From: a virus
Length of the DNA: 64,000 nucleotides
Virus record (IMG/VR): IMGVR_UViG_3300021197_001769
Reading direction: 5' to 3' (one strand)
Shown: piece by piece, positions 9,623 through 18,093 of the stretch
Layout: each line of letters opens with the position of its first letter
Position numbering within the stretch: the first letter of the stretch is position 1
Program-made: the position numbers and the translations under genes
Notes under the pieces: model-generated
Database searches by the model: none
Told to the model about the DNA's origin: nothing
What the model saw: only the letters and a program-made list of their open reading frames with translations

Positions 9623-10072
9623 TTATTTTTTAAACTTTAGCCTATGTTCAATACCATTTATCACAAATGTTATAGTAGAGTGAGAATAAATTGTTTCCAT
9701 CGACTCATTATACCTTGTAGTTTTATTACAAATAAGTTTAGTTCCACCTGAAGCATCACTATTTTGATTAGCAATAATACCACCTATAATAGCTCCTGCA
9801 GTACCTCCATCAGGAAGATTTTTAGTAACATTATTACCTATAGCACCTCCAATAAGAGCTCCTAATAAAGTATCAGCTGTCTTATCTCCTGATACTTCTC
9901 TTTCAGAACAAACTTCTACTGTATAAGGTGTTCTTCGAATAATTTTTTTATATTCATCTGAAACCGTTCCTCTTACAGTTTGGTTTAATTTAGTTTCAAC
10001 TGAAGTTTGAGCTGAAACAGGAAAAATAATGGAGCAGCATAAAGCTACTCCAAGGGGAATTAATTTAAGCAT
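9623..10072 (-). CDS. Glycine-zipper 2TM exported protein
   Basis: Signal peptide MLKLIPLGVALCCS; GALIGGAIGN...GAIIGGIIAN. Confidence 0.75.
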   Translation of the reverse strand: MLKLIPLGVALCCSIIFPVSAQTSVETKLNQTVRGTVSDEYKKIIRRTPYTVEVCSEREVSGDKTADTLLGALIGGAIGNNVTKNLPDGGTAGAIIGGIIANQNSDASGGTKLICNKTTRYNESMETIYSHSTITFVINGIEHRLKFKK

Positions 10073-11033
10073 TAGCCATCTCCATTGCTGTTTTAACTGC
10101 ATTAATCTTTTTAGATCTATTAGCACCATACCACATGCTATTCAATCTAGTCTGAGTAGAAGTACCAATCTTATGATCAGTTACATAAGTAACAGCGTTA
10201 AGAGCCTGCCACCAAGATCCTTTAGCGAAATTAGCTCCAGGCTGAGTTTCGAAAGAATCATAAGCTAACTGAGCAGTTCTAGTTAGTAACTTCTCTTTAG
10301 TATCTTTATCTTCTTTCTTAGATTCACCGAATACTTTACTTAAGAATTCTTTGAACTTAGCATCTGAAATCTGCTTAGAACCTAAATTCACAGCAATATC
10401 TTTATACTCATCCATTTTCTCTTGAGCAAGACCTAAAACCTTCTTAACCATTTCTGGATCGAACTCTTTTCTATGAGAGATTCTAGCAAAGTTCTGAGAC
10501 TCAGTACCTAAAGATAAAGTTAAAGTATTATTACATACAACTCTAATAGGAGTAAATCTAACATCTACAGACTGACCAAACTGATGAGGGTTAGAGAATA
10601 AAAGAAAACCTTCTACTTTATCTCCATTGAATAATTCAAAGTCAGAAGAGATCTTTCCTAAAGCCCATACTTTCTTTCCGTTAAACAACGAACCTGCAGT
10701 ATGCATCTTAATAGAACCTTCTTTACAAAAGCTCTCAAAAAACTGAAAAGCTTCCTTATTCTGAACTGGATACCATTCCTTACCAACGATATCTAAAGGT
10801 TGATCATCTGATTGTCTAATTAAGACATCTTTATTAGGAACACTTAACATTGATCCATCACTAGATTTATACTTAAGAGGAACTTTTTTAACTTCCCAGT
10901 CTAGACCAGCAGCTTCCATCATTTCCATAGGCATAACACCTTCTTTGAGTTCTACACCTAAACCATGCCAAGGCTTTTCACCTACATATGCCATTTGAGC
11001 TTTATTATCTACTATTTCTAATTCATGAGCCAT
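10065..11033 (-). CDS. DUF932/DUF945 (TIGR03299-like) phage/plasmid protein
   Basis: MAHELE...PWHGLG...AGLDWEV...VQNKEAFQFF...TPIRVVCNNTL. Confidence 0.9.
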   Translation of the reverse strand: MAHELEIVDNKAQMAYVGEKPWHGLGVELKEGVMPMEMMEAAGLDWEVKKVPLKYKSSDGSMLSVPNKDVLIRQSDDQPLDIVGKEWYPVQNKEAFQFFESFCKEGSIKMHTAGSLFNGKKVWALGKISSDFELFNGDKVEGFLLFSNPHQFGQSVDVRFTPIRVVCNNTLTLSLGTESQNFARISHRKEFDPEMVKKVLGLAQEKMDEYKDIAVNLGSKQISDAKFKEFLSKVFGESKKEDKDTKEKLLTRTAQLAYDSFETQPGANFAKGSWWQALNAVTYVTDHKIGTSTQTRLNSMWYGANRSKKINAVKTAMEMANA

Positions 11034-11076
11034 ATTCAAATCTCCTACAATTTATTTCTCAATTTCTTATACTATT

Positions 11077-11102
11077 ATTATACTAACTTTTTTAAAAAAG
11101 TT
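11077..11102 (-). promoter_or_regulatory. Middle-like promoter AACTTTTT-N12-TATAAT; box lies in palindrome AACTTTTTTAAAAAAGTT
   Basis: Direct reading; a second box copy lies at about 11126-11133. Confidence 0.6.
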
Positions 11103-11133
11103 TTTCTAAGACTAAGTTTTTTTTAAAAAAGTT

Positions 11134-11210
11134 TGGCCTGCCCTGAGAGATTCGAACTCCCGGCCTGCTGCTTAGAAGGCAGCTGCTCTATCCAGCTGAG
11201 CTAAGGGCAG
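11134..11210 (-). tRNA. tRNA-Arg(UCU) with encoded CCA
   Basis: CTGCCCT TAGCTCAGCTGGATAGAGCA GCTGC CT TCT AA GCAGC ... GGGAG TTCGAAT CTCTC AGGGCAG GCCA; full cloverleaf. Confidence 0.96.
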
Positions 11211-11417
11211 TTAGAAAGGAATATAATCTAGATCATATCCATAAGACCAATGACCGTTATCTAGATCAAAAATACACCTATCAGCTAAATCAAAAGGAAT
11301 CTCTTTTATATCAATACCGTACTTTTCGCCTTGTTTTTCGCAAAGTTCTATCTTCTTAATCTTACTATGACCAAACTTTGAATAAACTGGGCTTCCTACT
11401 TTTAACGTATTATTCAT
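11211..11417 (-). CDS. Small early hypothetical protein
   Basis: AAGGAGAG RBS, 68 aa. Confidence 0.65.
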   Translation of the reverse strand: MNNTLKVGSPVYSKFGHSKIKKIELCEKQGEKYGIDIKEIPFDLADRCIFDLDNGHWSYGYDLDYIPF

Positions 11418-11436
11418 AAAAATCTCTCCTTAATTA

Positions 11437-11616
11437 AATTTATGAGGGGCTCTCTTACAATCACTTCTACCTAGGTATACCCCTCAGCGGTAGAAGCGGG
11501 CAGTTTTTAGATGAGGTTACGGTTCCTTGAGTCCTACCAGACTTGTAAACCTCTGAGACTGTCGAGCCTATCGCTCTCCCTTATTCAGCCTCTCAACCTT
11601 TACTATCGCTATGTCA
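11437..11616 (-). ncRNA. Putative structured early RNA (two hairpins plus H-type pseudoknot) starting with a Met-Thr-stop minigene
   Basis: GC-rich non-coding island downstream of an early promoter; pairings TGAGA..CTG/CAGTCTCA, GAGC/GCTC, GAGGT..TAC/GTAACCTC, AGTC/GACT, CGCTTCTACC/GGTAGAAGTG, loop TGAGGGG with downstream CCCCTCA. Confidence 0.6.
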
Positions 11617-11639
11617 TTTTATATTTCCTTTTCTTCATT

Positions 11640-11680
11640 TTATACTTTATTATAACCTCTTTTTAATCAAAAGGCAACTA
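11640..11680 (-). promoter_or_regulatory. Early sigma70-type promoter TTGCCT-N17-TATAAT-AAAGTATAA
   Basis: -35 at 11672-11677, -10 at 11649-11654. Confidence 0.8.
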
Positions 11681-11685
11681 CTTTT

Positions 11686-11931
11686 TTAACTAATTCCTAA
11701 CTCTTTAGCAACTAATTTTCTACCTTGATCAAAACCAACATGACCTCTAGCTTCTAATGAATCATTCATTGCTTCACTCTCAGTATAAAATCTATCCTGA
11801 TGAGCTATATTGATCTTAGTCGCTAGAGCAGCACCTACTGAAGGATACTTATTAATAAGTTGAGTAGCAAGTTCATCTTGCTCTTCTGAACTCATTGCTT
11901 CTAATAATTCTACTAAATCTGTAATCTGCAT
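11686..11931 (-). CDS. Early hypothetical protein
   Basis: GAGAGGG RBS; directly downstream of an early promoter. Confidence 0.6.
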   Translation of the reverse strand: MQITDLVELLEAMSSEEQDELATQLINKYPSVGAALATKINIAHQDRFYTESEAMNDSLEARGHVGFDQGRKLVAKELGIS

Positions 11932-11950
11932 ATCTTTCCCTCTCTTCATT

Positions 11951-11991
11951 TTATACTTTATTATAGCCTACTTTTAACCATAAATCAACTG
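11951..11991 (-). promoter_or_regulatory. Early promoter TTGATT-N17-TATAAT-AAAGTATAA
   Basis: -35 at 11983-11988, -10 at 11960-11965. Confidence 0.8.
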
Positions 11992-12380
11992 TTTTTTTCA
12001 TTATTTTTAAAAAAAGTAAAGATTTTTTGTATTTCATCATAATCCCATTTACGCATTTCAGTAATACCAGAGATCTTATTAGGTTCCCACCAATTATGAA
12101 AAAACTCTTCATTCTTATCTTTACAGATACCCATCATAACTGTTTTCTCTAAATGCTCAGCTTCTAATCTTGTATACTTTTGTTTAGTACTATACATAAC
12201 TTTAATATCAGAGAAATGCTCAGAGATAGGATTAGGTTCATCAATACCTCTATAGTTAAGTCTAGTCATAGCATCTTTAGAACTTGTAATTCCAACCTTA
12301 TATACTACTCTAGGTTCAGAATCAGTTCTTTTTAATTTTGCTAGATAGACCTTGTATCTTTTTTCTGTTTTAAAATCCAT
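11985..12380 (-). CDS. GIY-YIG/T5orf172-like protein
   Basis: YKVYL...VYKVGIT...R...AEHLEK...GITE pattern. Confidence 0.5.
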   Translation of the reverse strand: MDFKTEKRYKVYLAKLKRTDSEPRVVYKVGITSSKDAMTRLNYRGIDEPNPISEHFSDIKVMYSTKQKYTRLEAEHLEKTVMMGICKDKNEEFFHNWWEPNKISGITEMRKWDYDEIQKIFTFFKNNEKNS

Positions 12381-12550
12381 AATATTAACTCCTTAACTCC
12401 TTTAACAGTTTGACCATAAACTGTTCCGTATTCATGATACGAACCGCACCATCTATTTTCTTTTACACTTTTAAATACTTTAACTGAAGGTTCATCTTGT
12501 AAGAAATATTCTATACCTCCAGTTTCTTCGTTACGTGCTCGTATCCACAT
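12341..12550 (-). CDS. Early hypothetical protein
   Basis: Likely start MWIRARN. Confidence 0.45.
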   Translation of the reverse strand: MWIRARNEETGGIEYFLQDEPSVKVFKSVKENRWCGSYHEYGTVYGQTVKGVKELILWILKQKKDTRSI

Positions 12551-12734
12551 CTTCAAACTTACTTTCAACTTCTTTAATATGCTTACACTTAGCATAAGCA
12601 ATACAATCACAAGAAAAACCATGATTAGTCATTTCAACACTATAAGTATTACCTTTAGATCCTTTGATAGGCCAAATTATACCTACCCAAGGATGATTCT
12701 TAGTATTGATATCTTCAGCTTTATGACTAAACAT
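12531..12734 (-). CDS. SWIM zinc-finger protein
   Basis: GSKGNTYSVE...FSCDCIAYAKCKHIK (CxC..CxH). Confidence 0.75.
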   Translation of the reverse strand: MFSHKAEDINTKNHPWVGIIWPIKGSKGNTYSVEMTNHGFSCDCIAYAKCKHIKEVESKFEDVDTST

Positions 12735-12945
12735 AAGGTCTGAATCCTTCTGACTGTATTTCTGACCAAGCAAAGTCGACCATCTCTCCTACGACATCTG
12801 CTTCGATCCAGTTATACTCTTTACTGCTAAGCTCTTCAGCTTTTTTTACAGCTTCTTCGATACAATCTGCATCCTTAACTATTTTAATAATAGCATCTTC
12901 GAATTTCTCTTCTAAATCCATGATATATCTTTTAGTATTTGACAT
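12727..12945 (-). CDS. Early acidic hypothetical protein
   Basis: AAGGGA RBS below an early promoter. Confidence 0.6.
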   Translation of the reverse strand: MSNTKRYIMDLEEKFEDAIIKIVKDADCIEEAVKKAEELSSKEYNWIEADVVGEMVDFAWSEIQSEGFRPYV

Positions 12946-12968
12946 TTTATTTCCCTTCTTTTCTAATT

Positions 12969-13009
12969 TTATACTTTATTATAACTACTTTTCCTACAAA
13001 GTGCAACTG
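12969..13009 (-). promoter_or_regulatory. Early promoter TTGCAC-N17-TATAAT-AAAGTATAA
   Basis: -35 at 13001-13006, -10 at 12978-12983. Confidence 0.8.
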
Positions 13010-13218
13010 TTTTTTTCCATTTTTCCAAACTTTATTAAAGAAGCTTCTAACTCTTTAACCATAACATATCTTTTAATAAGCTGCTTTTTTACTTCTTCTT
13101 TTAATTCTCTATTAATCTGATAAGGTAAAGTATCAACTAAAATTCTAATAATTTCTGGCTTATTAGAACTGCTTAAAATATTTGCTTTTAATCTTGCTAC
13201 TGAAATTGGTCTAGTCAT
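12994..13218 (-). CDS. Early hypothetical protein
   Basis: AAGGAA RBS below an early promoter. Confidence 0.6.
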   Translation of the reverse strand: MTRPISVARLKANILSSSNKPEIIRILVDTLPYQINRELKEEVKKQLIKRYVMVKELEASLIKFGKMEKNSCTL

Positions 13219-13236
13219 TTTATTTCCTTTTCTTTA

Positions 13237-13277
13237 TTATACTTTATTATCGTATACTTCTCGTCAAAAGGCAACTA
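13237..13277 (-). promoter_or_regulatory. Early promoter TTGCCT-N17-GATAAT-AAAGTATAA
   Basis: -35 at 13269-13274, -10 at 13246-13251. Confidence 0.75.
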
Positions 13278-13304
13278 AAAAAGGGCTCAAAAGCCCTTTT
13301 TTTT
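13277..13304. terminator. Bidirectional intrinsic terminator ending the glycosylation/clpP transcript
   Basis: AAAAAAGGGCTCAAAAGCCCTTTTTTTT. Confidence 0.8.
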
Positions 13305-13418
13305 CTCTAATATTTCTATTTGTTCTTTAAGTTTAGCATTCTCTTCAGATAATTCTTTTATTCTAATTAGAAGCTTATGGTTATATTCTGTTTCATCAGC
13401 TATTGTTTTTTTCAGCAT
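13287..13418 (-). CDS. 43-aa coiled-coil peptide (not in ORF track)
   Basis: MLKKTIADETEYNHKLLIRIKELSEENAKLKEQIEILEKKKGF; overlaps the clpP end. Confidence 0.5.
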   Translation of the reverse strand: MLKKTIADETEYNHKLLIRIKELSEENAKLKEQIEILEKKKGF

Positions 13419-13998
13419 GTCTAACTCGTTCATGTACTACCTCATCAGCTAAATTATATTCTACAGCTTCTGCTGCTGTCATAAAGTTATCTCTATCCAT
13501 ATCTTTTTCAAGTTTTACAAAACTATGACCTGTATGTCTAACATAAATTTCAGTTAAAACTTTTTTCCATCGCTGCAGTTCTTTGAAAGCTATTTCTACT
13601 TCAGTAGCCTGTCCTGAAGCACCACCTAGAGGCTGATGAATCATATGTCTGCTATTTGTAGTTACTAATCTTTTAGCTCCTGCACAAGCAAGTAAAGAGC
13701 CCATCGAAGCTGCTTGACCAGTAACAATGGTAGTTATTGGAGACTGAATATACATCATAATATCATAGATAGCCATTCCAGCTACTACACTACCTCCAGG
13801 TGAATTTATATACATATTAATAGGTGCTTTAGGGTTTTGACTCTCTAACCATAACAAAGTAGCTACTATATGATTACTCATATTTTCTTCTACTACACCA
13901 TTTAAAAATAAAATTCTATCTTTAGCTAATCGAGTATAAACATCGTAAGCTTTTTCTCTTCCATCTTTTTCTGTTTCAATTACTGCTGGAAACGGCAT
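13396..13998 (-). CDS. clpP: ATP-dependent Clp protease proteolytic subunit
   Basis: YDVYTRLAKDRILFL, YINSPGGSV, catalytic GQAASMGS and MIHQP, DRDNFM. Confidence 0.95.
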   Translation of the reverse strand: MPFPAVIETEKDGREKAYDVYTRLAKDRILFLNGVVEENMSNHIVATLLWLESQNPKAPINMYINSPGGSVVAGMAIYDIMMYIQSPITTIVTGQAASMGSLLACAGAKRLVTTNSRHMIHQPLGGASGQATEVEIAFKELQRWKKVLTEIYVRHTGHSFVKLEKDMDRDNFMTAAEAVEYNLADEVVHERVRHAEKNNS

Positions 13999-14722
13999 TT
14001 AAATACTCCTTCGCTCTATCATCAAATACATTTGATCTATTTTTTATACTTCCTTTAAGATGTACTATGTAACCATCTTTATATCTTTTATCCATTTGAT
14101 TCCAATACTGATGCATCGGAACTATGTTAACACCTGACTCAACTGCAGCTATGTTAATAGCTGATTGATCATCTGACCAGAGACCTCTAGCTGTTAACCA
14201 TTCTTCTATTTGTTCATGTGATAAAAAAGGTTTCATCTTAAGTATAGTGTTTCTATCTAATAGTAATACTCCAGAATTAAAATAATTTTGTCTATATTTT
14301 TCTATTAAATGGCTTTTATTAATTCTTGATAAGTGATCAGGTTCTTTACCTTCATCAAATATTTTACCTAATCTACTTACAGCATGAAAACCTTCATCTG
14401 GGTAATAATCAATAATATTAGGACTGTCTGGGTAATAATATACATCTGTATCTAAATACAATATTCTATCATATTCAAGGTACTTATCATCTCTAAAAAT
14501 TTTAAATATTTCAAAGCAAGGAGATCTATGTTTAGTTTCTCTCTTACCTTCTAAAGTATAATCCCAACCAAATCTCTGTGCGGCTGCTCCACTAAAAATA
14601 ACTGACTTAGATTTAACATCGTCATTTCTTTCTTTTAATACGGATGCTGTAGCTGTAGTTCTATCTTCAATATCTGTATACTGATCTTGGAATATATCAA
14701 TTTGAATTAAAAGAGTTTTCAA
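13976..14722 (-). CDS. GT8-like glycosyltransferase
   Basis: YDRILYLDTD (DxD), YFNSGVLL, DQSAIN, WNQ...IVH. Confidence 0.8.
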   Translation of the reverse strand: MKTLLIQIDIFQDQYTDIEDRTTATASVLKERNDDVKSKSVIFSGAAAQRFGWDYTLEGKRETKHRSPCFEIFKIFRDDKYLEYDRILYLDTDVYYYPDSPNIIDYYPDEGFHAVSRLGKIFDEGKEPDHLSRINKSHLIEKYRQNYFNSGVLLLDRNTILKMKPFLSHEQIEEWLTARGLWSDDQSAINIAAVESGVNIVPMHQYWNQMDKRYKDGYIVHLKGSIKNRSNVFDDRAKEYLNAVSSSN

Positions 14723-14979
14723 ATATCTTGACCTTTATTTTTAAGACTATTGTATATTTCTAAAGCACCTTCTTCACTTACACATCTCATACTATAATGT
14801 TTCTCATGACTATCTAACTGAGGGTACCTTTGTATTAACGTATCTCTGAGATTCCATTGTTGCTTTACCATAAACTCATGACATGTTTTATATGATTTAA
14901 AAATATAATCACTGTTAACCACAACATGAGGTTCAACGTTAGGTTGAAGATATAATAATGCTATAATGTACCACTTCAT
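14719..14979 (-). CDS. Hypothetical protein (two Cys, hydrophobic N-terminus)
   Basis: 86-aa ORF coupled to neighbours. Confidence 0.5.
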   Translation of the reverse strand: MKWYIIALLYLQPNVEPHVVVNSDYIFKSYKTCHEFMVKQQWNLRDTLIQRYPQLDSHEKHYSMRCVSEEGALEIYNSLKNKGQDI

Positions 14980-15224
14980 TTTACTATGCTGTTATTAGTC
15001 ATTTTTTTATAAATTGAATGTAGTATATAAAACCAAACACCGTTAATTGCAGGCTCTACTAATGCAACAAGGCCAGCTTCCCATATACTTGCTCCTGTCA
15101 TTGTACTAACAACAGTCATAGCTATTACAATATGACCTAGTGTGTAGACAATAGCTAGAGATATACTACTTCCGCCTATTAATCTTTTTATTACTTCAAA
15201 AATTCCTGATGTAAATTCTGTCAT
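14976..15224 (-). CDS. DUF2061-type small membrane protein
   Basis: LAIVYTLGHIVIAM...TGASIWEAGLVALVEPAINGVWFY. Confidence 0.7.
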   Translation of the reverse strand: MTEFTSGIFEVIKRLIGGSSISLAIVYTLGHIVIAMTVVSTMTGASIWEAGLVALVEPAINGVWFYILHSIYKKMTNNSIVK

Positions 15225-15249
15225 TTTATTATCCTTAATATTGTTATAG

Positions 15250-15315
15250 TCAATGATAGATATATGGATTTTGTTTCTTATCGTTTTTCTTCTTAAAGAG
15301 TCCTTTAAACCACAT
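15250..15315 (-). CDS. 21-aa basic peptide (not in ORF track)
   Basis: MWFKGLFKKKNDKKQNPYIYH fills the intergenic gap. Confidence 0.4.
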   Translation of the reverse strand: MWFKGLFKKKNDKKQNPYIYH

Positions 15316-15322
15316 TCTAAAT

Positions 15323-16312
15323 CTAAGCCAATGTATAAACATCTTTATACCTTTCATAAAAAATATTTCCAATTAACTCATTTCCTTCTTTATTAGGATG
15401 ACCATCTAACTCTGAAATAAGTAATTCTTTTTCTGTTATTAAATCACAAAAGGTATCTCCTCCTAAGTGTCTATAAAAAGGCCAACCTATAAAGTGTTTC
15501 TTTTCTTTATCTAATATATAACTGATTTTTCTAGGTTTGTTTTCAAAGTTTGTAAGGAGAAGTTTTGATAGTTCGCTATTCCAACCTTTGTTTATTCTAA
15601 GTCTTTGTATGAATCCCATTTGTACTAATCTATTAAGTTCCCATACTGATATAGGGAAGACTCCTTGAGCAGCTATAATTTGAGCACCAATAGATTTAGC
15701 ATATTGAAATAGAGCATACATATAACCTAAGTTATCACTAAACATAATATCTAAACCATGGTCAGTAAACATTCTCTTAGCAGAAGCTGCAAAATTCATT
15801 CCCATGTCTTCCCAAGTTTTTTTCATAACTTCTTTTTTAAACATCAGAAAGTTATCTATGTTATCAACGTCATCTAAATTTTTTATTTTTTGAAGTAATT
15901 TATATTGTTTATCGTAATCTTCATCTTGAACAAAGTAAGATTTATAAACTTGAAACATAGATGTAATAGGTTTACCAGAGGTAATCTCACTCCAGTTTAA
16001 CAATTCATAAGTTAGATTAGTTTTTATTTCTGTACAAGGTATAGTATATCTATCAAAACCACTCCATGATACAAAGATAGCTTTAACATTACTTTCACCT
16101 ACTTCGGTACATTTTCTTATGATCGAATTAAAAATCCATCTATTACATGCACCGCCTTTACCTAAGTCAAACCATTTATCTTCTTTAATTCCTAATTTTT
16201 TTCTTAGGTGAGCCATCCACATATCATACTCAACAGTATAATTTGGATCTATATGTTTAAAATCTGGATCTGAATAACTACAACCTGATGTAATGTATAT
16301 GTCACGCTTCAT
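15323..16312 (-). CDS. SGNH-hydrolase-like protein
   Basis: N-terminal TSGCSYS, GKGGACN, WSGFDR and C-terminal DGHPN. Confidence 0.6.
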   Translation of the reverse strand: MKRDIYITSGCSYSDPDFKHIDPNYTVEYDMWMAHLRKKLGIKEDKWFDLGKGGACNRWIFNSIIRKCTEVGESNVKAIFVSWSGFDRYTIPCTEIKTNLTYELLNWSEITSGKPITSMFQVYKSYFVQDEDYDKQYKLLQKIKNLDDVDNIDNFLMFKKEVMKKTWEDMGMNFAASAKRMFTDHGLDIMFSDNLGYMYALFQYAKSIGAQIIAAQGVFPISVWELNRLVQMGFIQRLRINKGWNSELSKLLLTNFENKPRKISYILDKEKKHFIGWPFYRHLGGDTFCDLITEKELLISELDGHPNKEGNELIGNIFYERYKDVYTLA

Positions 16313-16484
16313 TTTCTAAATTCCTTAAATCTGCTTCTGCTTCTTCTGGAGTTAAATACGGACCTATCATTTTAAAATCACCCTTAGGACTAAATTCATA
16401 GATGTACCAACCTGTATCTCCATATATACTAGGTTGTAGCTGGTACTGATACTTTCCTCGTTTCGAGGAAAATGAAGTTGACAT
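16302..16484 (-). CDS. Hypothetical protein
   Basis: 60-aa ORF in operon. Confidence 0.45.
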   Translation of the reverse strand: MSTSFSSKRGKYQYQLQPSIYGDTGWYIYEFSPKGDFKMIGPYLTPEEAEADLRNLENEA

Positions 16485-16683
16485 AACCCTCTCCGTTTAC
16501 AATATAAAAACCTTCACCATTATCTATCTGCTTTTGCCATTCATCTTCTGACATTATCTCTCTAAAATATGTCCAAGCTAGATCAATTGATTCATAAAAG
16601 TATATTTGAATATTAGATTGTTGTACACCTTTATCTGTTTCTGTACTTGTAGTTCTTCTTACAAATAGTTTTTCTTCACCCAT
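16429..16683 (-). CDS. Hypothetical protein
   Basis: 84-aa ORF in operon. Confidence 0.45.
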   Translation of the reverse strand: MGEEKLFVRRTTSTETDKGVQQSNIQIYFYESIDLAWTYFREIMSEDEWQKQIDNGEGFYIVNGEGYVNFIFLETRKVSVPATT

Positions 16684-17354
16684 TCTTCACTCACTTCTGT
16701 TGGATTAGGGGATCCGTGAAATATACACACTTTAGCTCCATTAGGTATTTCTCTACCGAACATTTGAGAACGATCACCTGCGTGTTTACCTCTATCGATT
16801 CCTTTTTTATAGCTCCACAACCACTCATCAGGAAAAACATTAAGAAACTCAGGATAATAATTGCAGTAACTCGATATAACATTTTGATCTCCAAAAAAGT
16901 TTATCTTTTTTTGATACTCATGCCACATTTTATAATTACTCATATAATAGGAATATATTCCTGCTGAGTTTTTAGTATTAAATCTTATAGCAGAGGAATT
17001 ATATTCTTTTCCGGGGAGAAGACCGTTGTCAGGCCTGATAAAATCTCTAATAACAGCAAAGGATTGATGCTCAAAGAAACAATCGACATTATCAACAATA
17101 ACAACGTCAAGATCAAAGTATAAGTATTCGCCATCTGGTAACACTCCGGGTTTAAACATTTGAAGTTTGTTCCACCAACCTACTTCATCAGTATTTAACT
17201 CACAAGGAATATAATTAGGATAAAGATCAACCTGATCTGTTAAGACATAAAAAGAGAACTCTTTAGTAGAGTTTCTTTTAACCATATTATACAATCTATG
17301 TGTATACTCTGCACTATATTTCGTACCCCAGTTTACACAAACTACATTAACCAT
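16659..17354 (-). CDS. GT-A glycosyltransferase (phage VCVxWGTKY family)
   Basis: VVCVNWGTKYS, WWNKLQMF, YFDLDVVI, NSS, GDQ, FHGSPNP. Confidence 0.85.
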   Translation of the reverse strand: MVNVVCVNWGTKYSAEYTHRLYNMVKRNSTKEFSFYVLTDQVDLYPNYIPCELNTDEVGWWNKLQMFKPGVLPDGEYLYFDLDVVIVDNVDCFFEHQSFAVIRDFIRPDNGLLPGKEYNSSAIRFNTKNSAGIYSYYMSNYKMWHEYQKKINFFGDQNVISSYCNYYPEFLNVFPDEWLWSYKKGIDRGKHAGDRSQMFGREIPNGAKVCIFHGSPNPTEVSEEWVKKNYL

Positions 17355-18093
17355 AAACTAACTTCGCAAAATCCATATTCAATTCTCTATAATGCTTTAG
17401 GTTTATATTCTCAGGAATATTATAAAATTTTTCACCTAAAGGCTTTCTATATTTACTTTTATAGTCGATCTTTATATTCTTTTCTAGTAACTTGCCCCAG
17501 TAGTATACATGATAAGAAGATGTAATAATTTTTTTATGTAATTTTAACTGATTGATAACTACATTCATTTTATTAAAGTTACTCATATGTTGACCTTCAA
17601 TAGCTCTTTTTCCATTACCTGAACCAACTATTAAAGTACCTAATGAACCAGACCTAGATAAATTTATTTTATCTTCATTTGTCATAGTATCTAAATCATT
17701 ACCTCTTACATCTTTATTATTATCTAATAAAGGATTTAGACAAGATACACAGGGCACAAATTTAAATGGAGTATTTTTTTGTCTAATGCCAACGTGATCG
17801 AACGAATTGAATATAGGATGCGTAAAGAATTCTTCATCGAGTCCAGCTCCCCATATTATTTTTTTCTTAGCTTTTATTCTTGTATCCCAAAGCCATAATT
17901 TTTTCATCCAGTCAGCAGTTGAAAATAAACCACCTCCGCCAACAATTAATAAATCACATTCAATAAATTCTGGATTGTCAAGCATATCAATAACTTGACC
18001 TTTGTAGTTAGGGAAATAATGATGAGGTGAAGACCACCAATCTCCTGGATTATTTTGGTCTTTGCGATGTAGGTAGACGATCTTCTGGGTCAT
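17347..18093 (-). CDS. Polysaccharide pyruvyl transferase-like protein
   Basis: NPGD, IVGGGGLF, IWGAG, GIR, IITSSYH. Confidence 0.7.
   Translation of the reverse strand: MTQKIVYLHRKDQNNPGDWWSSPHHYFPNYKGQVIDMLDNPEFIECDLLIVGGGGLFSTADWMKKLWLWDTRIKAKKKIIWGAGLDEEFFTHPIFNSFDHVGIRQKNTPFKFVPCVSCLNPLLDNNKDVRGNDLDTMTNEDKINLSRSGSLGTLIVGSGNGKRAIEGQHMSNFNKMNVVINQLKLHKKIITSSYHVYYWGKLLEKNIKIDYKSKYRKPLGEKFYNIPENINLKHYRELNMDFAKLVYG

Noticed and set aside
11608-11616. ATG-ACA-TAG as evidence of amber recoding
   Set aside because: More stops follow at once (TAG, TAA), several genes end normally in TAG, conserved genes are uninterrupted, and no suppressor tRNA is seen
11437-11616. tmRNA, hammerhead, pistol or SAM-V identity for the structured RNA
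   Set aside because: It lacks tRNA-like ends, the CUGANGA/GAAA core, and the conserved nucleotides I recall for those classes
12734-12773. DSD in the N-terminus of ORF 12531-12773
   Set aside because: It lies upstream of the likely start (12734), overlapping the previous gene, so it was not counted
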